A stretch of DNA of 64,000 nucleotides. Origin: Podarcis tiliguerta. Taxonomy: Eukaryota. A program made the position numbers and the translations under genes. This document shows positions 47,453 to 57,750 of this stretch, one piece after another. A model generated the notes under the pieces. The model did not search any database, was not told where the DNA came from, and saw nothing but the letters and a program-made list of their open reading frames with translations. The DNA is taken from assembly GCA_965153285.1 (NCBI GenBank), contig OZ229111.1; one strand, given 5' to 3'. Position 1 is the stretch's first letter. The number at the start of each line of letters is the position of its first letter.

Positions 47453-48953
47453 TTTAGTGGGACTTACTCCCTAGTAAGTGTGTTATGGATTGCAGCCTGC
47501 TTTCCACCCTAGTCTTCAATATTCAGTGTGTTTGAATGTAGCTCTATGAATTCTTATTAAAGGTTAAAATCTATGAAATAATCTACATGTTCAGAGTATA
47601 TGGTACATATGTAGACAAATAAACTTAAGTTTAAATCCTTTTTCAAAGTAGCCTCATCCATATGATTTCAAATAATATTTTTCTGCATATCCACTGGCAA
47701 ACAATAGAGCTTAGATCATGAAAAGCCTTGCTAAGTCCTAAGGTGGGCTTACAATGCATTCTGTTATTAATGGGCAATACAGTATTGAGTTCAATCAAAC
47801 ATTTATTCGGTAAACTGATAAAATGCAGTCATCATAATTTCAACCAATGAAATAGTAATTGTTCATGAGCTTTACTTTCAGTACTTCAGACTCTAACCTG
47901 AGTAGGGCAGACAGCATATATTTAGGTAAGAACAGCAATACTCAAAGAGTAATTTTGGGATGGTTCTAAATCTTCCATCATTAAAATACCCCAAACCTCA
48001 GCCTCATAAAGCATCTGGACCATTGCTTTATGTTTCTAAATGGATAAATCAGGATTCTCCAAATACCTGCTTTCTTTTGATAGGTGTGCATTCCCATTTC
48101 TTTATGGTGTTTATATCAAACGTCACAAAAATGTAAGCTGGGGACTAAATTATTTTTAAAAACAAATAAGCAGTGAAGTTCAAATTTGAGATAGTTATTT
48201 TCCACATCGGAGAGGGAGAGCAGCAGTCTTGTGAACCTTGTTTCCTTTGGGAAGAAATACTATAAATTATAGTCAAAGGCAGCTGTCCTTTCCTGTTAAT
48301 TAAAATGCAACTCTGCAAAATGTTCAATAGCTGCATATATGTTTGTCTAATATAAATGCCCTTTGTAGCAGAAAAGTCTGGAGATTGGAATGCAAAACAG
48401 GGTTTGTTGCTGTTGGAGTGAGTAGCATTATTGGTGATGCATGAAAGAGTCCAGGGTCTGAATGACAGTGTGGTCAGTCTCTCAGTGAATACCATAGAGC
48501 CAATGAAGAATAGTTCACTAAGATTACACAAGCAACTTTAAATTTAGGTACATATTTATGTAGCATGGTAAAAATAGACCCTGGAATAGCATACACTGGA
48601 AGTCTTGACTTGTGAAGTATGAAAAATAATCAGTTGTCACTGGGGGTTAGCATGGGGTGCTAAGAGACTTAGTTGAGTTTTTAAAATTGTTTCTCTGTAA
48701 CTTGTGTTCGTCTGGCAACTTCTTCAAGAAACTTGGTCTATGCTTTAATCCTTTTGACCACTTTTGAAGTATCCTATAGCATGTGGATGTACAATGACCA
48801 TCGCTTAATAGAGAAATAAAATGTTACCAGAAGTATTGTTTAGGTTCTCCAGTATCCCAGTACAGTAATTGGTGCTAAGTATTAGAAGCCTTGTTTGGGT
48901 TCGCCTATGAATACGGCTGCCAACTTCAGAAGTGGCCTCTTTAGCAGCTAGCT

Positions 48954-49090
48954 CAGGCATAGGCAAACTCTGCCTGCCAGATGTTTTGGGACTACAACTC
49001 CCATCATCCCTGACCACTGGACCTGTTAGCTAGGGATGATGGGAGTTGTGGTCCCAAAACATCTGGAGGGCGTGAGTTTGCCCATGCCTG
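48954..49090. mobile_element. hAT MITE (URR1-like)
   Basis: caggcataggcaaactc ... gagtttgcccatgcctg; perfect 8-bp TSD agctagct. Confidence 0.92.
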
Positions 49091-51005
49091 AGCTAGCTGA
49101 TCCTTTAGCAGCAGCTTGATCTACAGCAGTTAGCAGCTGATAATGTTGAGCTTCAGCTGCTGATTTCTGTCTAATAAACCTCTGTTAAAGGGACAGGGAC
49201 AGGCCAGGCTAGATTTTGAGCCGCCTGCATTTAAATATAGGGATATCTTGTGAAATAGCACCTATGTGAAAAATAAAAGCAGCGGAAAACAGAGGAACTT
49301 CTGAATCATGTAAGGTGCAAACTTTTGCAATCCCATGTCAACATGAAGTACTATGTGGAATTAATCATCTGAAAAATCCTTAGATTCCAGAAAGGAGTTT
49401 GCAAGACTGAATGCCATTCTGTCTGTGCATGCAGAAAAGTAGCATGTTAGGGAGCAGAGTAAGCAAGAACTCTTTTTCATTGCATCTGCTATTCTATAAT
49501 AAAGGGATTAAAAATACACACACACCACAAGGTTATTCAAGTTTACTACCTCAGTGAAAAGTATATGTGTTTAGGCGGGTGACAATTTGCTTCTTAGGGG
49601 GTAAACCAGGAATGTTGGGAACAGCCATACTTGTTTTCATCTATACCTCCCTCATTCACAACTAAAAAGGGGGAATTGGTGTGGTCTACCTTTTGCATCA
49701 ACAAGTGCTTGCAGGTGTATGGAGATGGACCTTCCTGCGTTCTGTCAGCTGAATCACTTTCTGTCCTGCCCAGTCTATCTACTTTAGAACTGGGATGTGG
49801 AGGAGAGGTAGGATGCGACTGCATCAAGTGATGTCATAGGGGAGAAAGTTTTGAAGGCTCTGCTTTCCTCACCAGCATGCACGTTTAGTTGTAAAAGTCT
49901 CCCAAGTTCCATTAAAAAAAAACAACAACATAGGAGGCAGGCATATGTATGAATGAATGTGGCTGTCCACATCATGCCTGGTTTATCTGGGGTCTAGTAC
50001 CCATCTCTCGCATATTTAACTAAACTTTTAAAAAGCCTGACTCAGTTATGACAATATCTAAATCATTTTCAGCCATCTTCTTAGGCCATGAGAGTGCTGG
50101 CTGGATTGACGGTAAGGCGGGGTGGGAAAATACCTACAGATAACTGGAAGTTGTTTAGTGTGTGAAGGGGGAAAAAATCCCGGTTCAGTGTATTGTTAAC
50201 TCCTAGCAGGATAAATATACTTGTATGATCTCATTTCATGGTCATAAGATAGGCTTGCCAGATTTTTGGGGAGTGGGGGGAGGGGATCCTTAAATGTACT
50301 AGCTGGAAATCGTTATACCTAGGCTACAAGAGTTTTTGTTTTGTGGATGTTGTACTGTTATGGCACACAGACAATATGTCACATTGTTATCTCTGATTAT
50401 ATTGTTTATATTTCATCGTGTTGCCTAACATTCCAGATCTTCGGGGCCGGGGGAGGGGGAAGGGAAGCTAATGAATGGAGCTATAAACTGAGCTATTTGA
50501 GAGATGCAGATACGCTGTGCCCCAGCCCAGCTGCTTGCTGAAACAAAGACTAGCATTGGTGCAATGAATATGCATTGGCTGTGTGTGTGATTCTGTTGCA
50601 GGCCAGACACAGGCCTATACAGTAATGAATCAGGAAGGCTGGCGCAGGCCCTGGGGATTTTTTTTTTTAAAACACATTTGTTTTATCAGTATGTTACCTT
50701 GCCAATGGGATGATGTCAGTCTGGTTACCATAGAATGTGGTCAGACAGAGGAAGACATATGCAGTGTGTGGCAGTATTTTGTTTTGATAGACTGAGCTGC
50801 GGTTTTTCTTTCCCATTTGGAAACTTTAATACTGCAGAGAAGAAAAGATTTGAAAATGTATTTGTGAGTGTGTGAGAGAATGAACTTTGGGAGCTTGCGT
50901 GCCATTTTACAAACAAACAAACGTACATATTGAAGGGCTCTTTCTTTTTCTTAATCCAGTATGTAAAGGGTACCAACACCTAGACTGATGTGCAAATAAC
51001 ACATG

Positions 51006-51233
51006 CAGTCATACCTCGGGTTGAAGTAGCTTCGGTATAAGTATTTTCGGGTTGCGTGCTGCGGCGACCCAGAAGTAACGGAGTGCGTTACTTCCAGGTT
51101 TTGCCGCATGCGCAGACGCTCAAAATGACATCACGCGCAGAAGTGGCAAATTGCGACCCGCACGGGTTGCGTTCGCTTCTGGATGCGAACGGGGCTCCGA
51201 AACGGATCCCATTCACATCCAGAGGTACCACTG
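51006..51233. mobile_element. Tc1/pogo MITE family B
   Basis: cagtcatacctcgggtt ... agaggtaccactg-ta; CpG-rich core gcatgcgcag. Confidence 0.82.
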
Positions 51234-52023
51234 TACCTGATATCCACATACATTCAGAGCATATTTTGTCAAAACATGCATGCTAGCTACATGTCCATTA
51301 CTTTAAGCCATAGCTTAAATAACCATTAAGTGTTGTTGTTGGGGTTTTTTTGGGGGGGGATAGTGTTACATCCAAACCCAGTGCATTAACTATGGTTTGT
51401 TCACAAAAATAAATCATGGTTTGTTCTTTGCTTACTATTAACCATGACTGAGTTTTATATTGGAATGTGGGCACTTATCCTATGGCTTAGGTGTGGCATG
51501 TTTCATTGCGTTGCCCAAATTGCCCAGCGAAGCATCAGGCACACTAGGTAAGAGCAGCTTTAAAACTAAGCTGTTCTCAGATCCTGCTAATTCACCTGTC
51601 TGCCTGCTAATAAGACCGCCCCCCCAACTCACCTTGTCCCCCACATCATAGCTGTAGCCAAGCTGGAGTTGAAAACTTACTGTTGTGGTATCTGATTTTA
51701 TATTTCCTAATGTTGAAGTGCATGGACAATCCCTGTTACTGCTATACAGTGAGGTTTGATTGACATACTCTCTAAAATAGTAAAGTATGTTTGTACTTTT
51801 ATGTATAAATTTTGTAATTTATTTTGAACTTGGCTGTTCTAAGAGAAATGAACAACAAACTTAACTGTTTTGGATATATTATACACTGCAACTGTATTGT
51901 TTTATTCAGCAGTTCAATATAAATATCCAAAGCAGTTCTTGAGAGGCTTAGCATGCAAGCTCTTAAAATTCAGAATCAGGTGTTTTGGGTATATATGGTG
52001 GTAGTTGGTAAAAATAATAATTA

Positions 52024-52490
52024 CCGTATTTTTCACCCCATAAGACGCACTTTTCCCCCTCCAAAAATGAAGGGGAAATGTGTGTGCGTCCTATGGGGCG
52101 AATGCAGGCTTTCGCTGAAGCCTGGAGAGCGAGGGGTCAGTGTGCACCGACCCCTCTCGCTCTCCAGGCGCAGATCTCCGCAAGCCGTGGGAGCCCGCGC
52201 CGGGCTCTCACGGCTTGCGGAGAGTAGCCTGCATGCCGAAGCCTGGGCGCGCTGAGCTCAGTGAGCCCAGACTTCGCGCAGCTCTCCGCAAGCCGCAGGA
52301 GCCTGGTGCTGGGCTCCCGCGACTTGCGGAGAGTTGCCTGTTCTGGGAGCTGGGGTCGGGGAAAGCTTGGGCTTCCCCCGCCCAACCCCGCGCCTGGGGG
52401 GGGGGAATAATTCCCCCCACTTTATTTCCCCCCCCCAAAAAACTAGGTGCGCCTTATGGGACAGTGCGTCCTATAGGGCGAAAAATACGG
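52024..52490. mobile_element. Tc1/pogo MITE with CCGTATTT TIRs and GC-rich internal direct/inverted repeats
   Basis: ta-ccgtatttttcaccccataagacgcac ... gtgcgtcctatagggcgaaaaatacgg-ta; internal ctccgcaagccg/cggcttgcggagag hairpins. Confidence 0.9.
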
Positions 52491-53042
52491 TATGCAGTTA
52501 ATTATTTTATTCTCTGCGTAATTGGTAGTGGTTAACAAACATTTAATCTACTGATACTTGGTGTAAAGGAATTGTGTTTTCTATGACACTAAACCCTATT
52601 TCATTTCTGTTTTTGAAAACTGAAACAGTAGGTTCGATAATGGGCATTCCTACTGGATTTTGTTTTCTTCAAATACTGGAAGACCTTGAGCACAGAAAAG
52701 GCATGAAATAAATTTAGGATGCATCAAACAGTGAGAAGTGTTTGGAGATTTCAGCTTTTGAAGTTGGTGCCAGCTTGTCTATCTAAGATTATAAAATGCA
52801 AGAAATCTTCTCTTTTGCAGTTTTTCAAGTTCCTGACTTGATGGCCAAAGTGAAATGATTCCTGTCAGGACGTCAACATACTGCATGTGATAAATTTTAT
52901 GTTGCATGTCCCACAAATGAAGATACCATTTTATTAAACTCTGACTTCCATGTTGGTTTTTTAGTTGAGTTACTGGTGGAGTTGTTCAGTATGACTGTTT
53001 GGCCTATGTGCTTTTATACAAGTTTGATCTAACAAAAATTAT

Positions 53043-54335
53043 ACATCGGCTCTGGATCCATTCCAGTCCGGCTTCTGCGCTGGTCATGGGACCGAGACGG
53101 CTCTGGTTGCCCTAACAGATGATCTTCGTAGACAGCTGGATCGAGGTGGGTCAGGGCTGCTGATTCTTCTAGATCTGTCAGCAGCTTTCGACATGGTCAA
53201 TCACGAACCTCTGGACCACTGCCTTGCCGATGTGGGAATCCAGGGCACAGTCCTTCAATGGCTGCGCTCGTTTCTCTCTGGTCGGGGACAGAGGGTGGCG
53301 CTTGGGGGGGAATTGTCATTGCGCCACTCCTTGGTGTGTGGAGTACCTCCTTGGTGTGTGGAGTACCTCCTTGGTGTGTGGAGTACCTCCCCAATGCTTT
53401 TCAACATCTTTATGCGCCCCCTCGCCCAGCTTGTCCGGAGTTTTGGGCTGGGTTGCCATCAGTATGCTGATGACACCCAACTCTATCTGTTGATGGATGG
53501 CCATCCTGACTCGGCCCCAGACACACTGACCAGATGTTTGGAAGCTGTGGCTGGATGGTTACGTGGGAGCCGGTTGAAGCTAAATCCTTCAAAGACAGAG
53601 GTCCTCTGGCTGGGACGGGACGATATGGGATTGGGGGGGCAACTCCCATCTCTTGTGGGGGTGCAATTAGTGCCAGCACCGTCCGTTAAGAGTTTGGGTG
53701 TAATCTTCGACACCTCCTTTTCCATGGAGGCGCAGATTGCAGCTACAACAAAGGCGGCATTTTCCCATCTTTTCCATTTTCCATTTTTCCAAGCTAAGCA
53801 GTTGGCTCCTTACCTCTCTCGCCCTGACCTAGCCACTGTGATCCACGCGACTGTCACCTCCAGACTGGATTATTGTAACTCGCTGTACGTGGGGCTGCCC
53901 TTGAGACTGACCCAGAAACTCCAGCGGGTGCAGAATGCTGCAGCGAGACTCCTTACGGGGTCTTCGCTGCGAGATCACATTCACCCGGTGCTATACCAGC
54001 TGCACTGGCTCCCGGTGGAGTACAGGATCAGGTTTAAAGTGCTGGTTTTAACCTTTAAAGCCCTATACGGCCTAGGACCCTCATACCTACGGGACCGCCT
54101 CTCCTGGTATGCCCCACAGAGAAACTTACGGTCTTCAAATAAAAACATCTTGAAGGTCCCAGGCCACAGAGAAGTTAGGCTGGCCTCAACTAGAGCCAGG
54201 GCTTTTTCGGCCGTGGCTCCGATCTGGTGGAACACTCTGTCACAAGAGACCAGGGCCCTGTGGGACTTGACATCTTTCCGCAGGGCCTGCAAGACAGAGC
54301 TGTTCCACCAGGCCTTTGGCCAGGGCACAGCCTGA
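53043..54335 (+). pseudogene. L2 ORF2 reverse-transcriptase remnant (open frame, lacks endonuclease; RT motif-B QG destroyed)
   Basis: ORF track 53193-54335 (380 aa) extends upstream without a stop to 53043; YADD intact. Confidence 0.88.
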
Positions 54336-54520
54336 CTCCCTCCCTCAGCAATCTTCGCGGAGCTCTGGCCCAATGGTTGCCAGTGGCTTGAATTAATTAA
54401 TTTTATAATGAATGATTTTAGAGTGTTGTTTGTGCTCTACTTTTGTACTGTTTTATTGTTGTTAGCCGCCCTGTTTGGCTGGGGAGGGCGGGATATAAAT
54501 AAAATTTATTATTATTATTG

Positions 54521-54558
<38 letters not shown>
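53043..54558 (+). mobile_element. Young 5'-truncated L2 LINE (RT domain to 3' tail)
   Basis: Continuous frame from 53043: LDPFQSGF..HGTETAL, LLDLSAAFD, QYADDTQLY, LNPSKTEVL, SRLDYCNSL, QNAAARLL, LHWLPV, RAFSAVAP; (tta)n tail to ~54557. Confidence 0.95.
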
Positions 54559-55325
54559 TTCCATTTAAAAAAATATTTTCATTGGAGGCTAACATAGCTT
54601 CAAATGGAAAACTTTAAAGACTGAAAAGAAAAAATATACAGCTGCAGATTCCACATATTAGAAGATTTAAGGCTTTTAAATTTAGGAAAAGATGAAGTGG
54701 GATAGAAGCAGCAAAGTGATGATTTGTGTATTAACACAGTAGAATGTCTGCATGGTTAACTCCAGTGCCTGGCCTGCTGTGGAGCATACACTTCTTGCTT
54801 TTAACATTCAGGTGGAAAGTTACAGTTTAATTTTGTTGCCAGAGTCTTGAATAGAAGCCATGACTTGCGGTGTGTTTATAAGCCGCAGTATATTTGCTAG
54901 TTTACATCTTGCCTACTAAATTGGCAAAATGTTTATTTTCCCTGGTGAACATAGTGGAGATTACTCCCGAGTGGTTCCTTTCACACCAAAATAGTATTTG
55001 TTGAATATATAAAACAGGGCTCTTTTTATATGTCACCTGTGCCTTGCATGGGGTATGAAAATGTGTAGTAGTAGCAAACACATTTCCCTTTTCAGATGTG
55101 ATGTGTTACTGATGTTGTTTTCTTGTAATTATGCACTTGAGAAAAATGGAACGAGAGAAAAATATTTACAAGTTCCAGAAACCTTGAATAAAAATATCAG
55201 TGTATCCTAAAAGATGGCCAACTTTGTGAAATGTGATAATATAGTTTCTGTGTGCTATGCGAAAGCCTATATGACATGCAAAGAAGCAGCATCACTGAGC
55301 AGAGCGGGAAAGCATATCGTGTTCA

Positions 55326-55386
55326 CAGAATCGTAGAGCTGGAAGGAAACCCGAGGGTCATCTATCCAAGCTCCTGCAATGCAGGA
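55326..55386 (-). mobile_element. CR1-type tail fragment (same tail as the SINE at 955)
   Basis: agaatcgtagagctggaagg..gagggtcatctatccaa..ctgcaatgcagg. Confidence 0.7.
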
Positions 55387-55426
55387 ATAACAACTATGCA
55401 GCTCCCCCTCCCCCTCAGTTTGTTTT

Positions 55427-55741
55427 AAAGGTAAAGGGACTCCTGACTGTTAGGTCCAGTCATGAAGGACTCTGGGGTTGCAGCGCTCATCTCGCTTTAC
55501 TGGCCGAGGGAGCCGGCATACAGGTTTCGGGTCATGTGGCCAGCATGACTAAGCCGCTTCTGGCGAACCAGAGCAGCGCACGGAAATGCCATTTACCTTC
55601 CCGCCAGAGTGGTACCTATTTATCTACTTGCACTTTGACATGCTTTTGAACTGCTGGGTTGGAAGGAGCAGGGACAGAGCAATGGGAGCTCCCCACATCA
55701 CGGGGATTCGAACCGCCAACCTTCTGATCAGCAAGTCCTAG
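55427..55741 (-). mobile_element. Sauria SINE (head partly missing)
   Basis: Homologous to 241-599 and 62154-62508. Confidence 0.92.
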
Positions 55742-56438
55742 CCCAGTAGTGTTACTTTCCTCATGTATGAGCTAGAAGTTGTGCTGTAACACCATGAATC
55801 TGTAGTGTGGCCATAAGAAGACTACTTCTAGTTGCTGCATCTTCATAGTAAGCTGCCTTATACCTTTTACTGAAATATACCATATATAGCTCAGTATTGT
55901 CTACACTGACTGGCAATGTCTGTCTGTTTTAGCTGGAGATGCTAGGAATTGAGCTTAGGACCTCCTCTTCAAAACAGTTAGGAATTAAATTGTTTAAAGT
56001 TGATTGCTTAAGTTGTAATCTCAAGTGCATGAAACTCAGTGTTGGATTGTTCCGTCTTACAGAAAAGGTATGTCTGCCAATAAAAACGCTATAAATATTA
56101 TGCGTCAGTTTAGACCTTAAGTGCACCTGAGATGAGTCAACTGTATTTCCCGACCTCTCTTCCTCTGATGTTTTATTCCAATGTTTATGTTTCAGAAACT
56201 AAATTTTAACAAGTATTTTGTTTGTAGAAGTCATGTTTTATTTTAAGAAAACGAATATTTAGCTTCTGACCACAGTTTAAAATCTTAAACAAGCCTGACA
56301 AGGCAAGCATCCTATTGATTTATCAGACACTTTGCTTTAAGGAGCTACCGACTTTAAAGGATACCATACCTAATGTTTTTTGTTTCTTTTTATGACATTT
56401 TTTTAAACCCATGGTTTCCTCTGTTTTCCCCCCTGTAG

Positions 56439-56628
56439 GTGAAGCTGCTCTAAGAGGAGAACCCAGAATGCAGTCCCTCCCAGTATCAGCGGCTGTAACC
56501 AACCATAGGACAGGGCCACCCCCGATCAGTCCTTGCAAGAGGAGGTTCAGTATGGACCAAGGAGACGATGACCTAGACTGTGAAAACGAACACGTCTCTA
56601 AAATGAGTCGAATGTTCAGTCCCCAACT
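56439..56628 (+). CDS. VGLL4: VGLL4 internal coding exon, 190 nt (GEAALRGEPRMQSLPVSAAVTNHRTGPPPISPCKRRFSMDQGDDDLDCENEHVSKMSRMFSPQL)
   Basis: Peptide closely matches recalled human VGLL4 'EAALRGEPRIQTLPVASALSSHRTGPPPISPSKRKFSMEPGDEDLDCDNDHVSKMSRIFNPHL'. Polypyrimidine acceptor tttcctctgttttccccccTGTAG ends at 56438; donor CT|gtaagt at 56629. Phase 1 in, phase 2 out. Confidence 0.97.
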
Positions 56629-57597
56629 GTAAGTTTACTTTACTATTTATACGGCTTCCAATGTGTTTTCACCCAGATTTTAATTTTGTTTTGGAAAATG
56701 ACAATCCACATGCAGTGTTAGAAACTCAGATATATAACCTAGTTGCCAAATGGCACCTTAAACTGAGGTTACAATTGCCACAGTTGAAAGTGTAGGTACC
56801 GTTCCTCCACCCCCCATGGGATATCATCATCATCATTCATTTCATTTCCATCCTGCTTTATATTTTATATATCCTATGCTCTAAGACTCTCTACCCTGAT
56901 GTGAGAATAGATGCTTTGCATTTTTAGTGTTTCCCCCCCTCCTCCTTCTAAAGGCCAGGAACTTTTAGAACAGCTGCTCAGCAGAAGGCACACAGCAACC
57001 GCTGCTCAAGCTGCAGTTGTTGCTAAACACTAGTTAACGTGCTTCCATTTTCACATGCCAGCAGAGTATTTCACTGCGCAGGTAAAATGTGGGTTACTGG
57101 AAAGGAAGAAAACGGTTTTTCCATCCATTTAGTATTCTCATTCCTAGGGAAGCAGCTGTAGCTGGCATGAAGTGTAGGCGCTGAGAGAATTCCTTTCATT
57201 CCTGACTAGAGGAAGTGATTGGAGTATTTCAGCCAGAGCCAACTTGATAACTGTGTACTGTTCCCTGCTGCCTCAGCTCAAGAAGCCCTCTGCGTTCCAC
57301 ACATTCCACGCAGCTTTGGATTGTTGCATTCAGTCATAAGATGTGGACTGAGGCATTTTATCCTCAAATAAATCACAGCAGTGTTATTCAGAGGCCTGCA
57401 GATTGCAGGCTTGGAATTTCTTACAAATAAGAGCTTGAGTACCAAAGCAATAAAAACTCTCAGAAACAGTTCTCCCACTCTTTCTTTCATTCTTTTTTAC
57501 ATGCGGTGATTACTCCCAGTTAAACTACTTAAAATCACTCCTTAAGAGTGAAATTTGTGATCACTGGGAGAAAAACACACACACACCAAGAAATGAG

Positions 57598-57634
<37 letters not shown>

Positions 57635-57750
57635 GTCGTTTATCGTGTCTGACTCTTCGTGCTCCCATGGACCAGAGCACGCTAGGCACACCTGTCTTCC
57701 CCTACCTCCCGCAGTTTGGTCAGACTCATGTTTGTAGCTTCGAGAACACT
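57598..57750 (-). mobile_element. BovB LINE 3' fragment with (TTG)n tail
   Basis: Reverse complement of 45305-45435. Confidence 0.87.

Larger units (their letters stand above)
27968..56438 (+). other. VGLL4: VGLL4 intron (GT-AG, phase 1, 28,471 nt)
   Basis: gtaact donor and tgtag acceptor flank two phase-compatible exons. Confidence 0.88.

Noticed and set aside
50080-50117. Short ATG...ACG|gtaagg candidate alternative exon
   Set aside because: The ATG frame ends in phase 0, incompatible with the phase-1 acceptor at 56439; no other support.
56411-56438. ATG start of the track ORF 56411-56632
   Set aside because: It lies in the polypyrimidine tract of the intron; the exon starts at 56439 and the ORF's stop is within the donor site.
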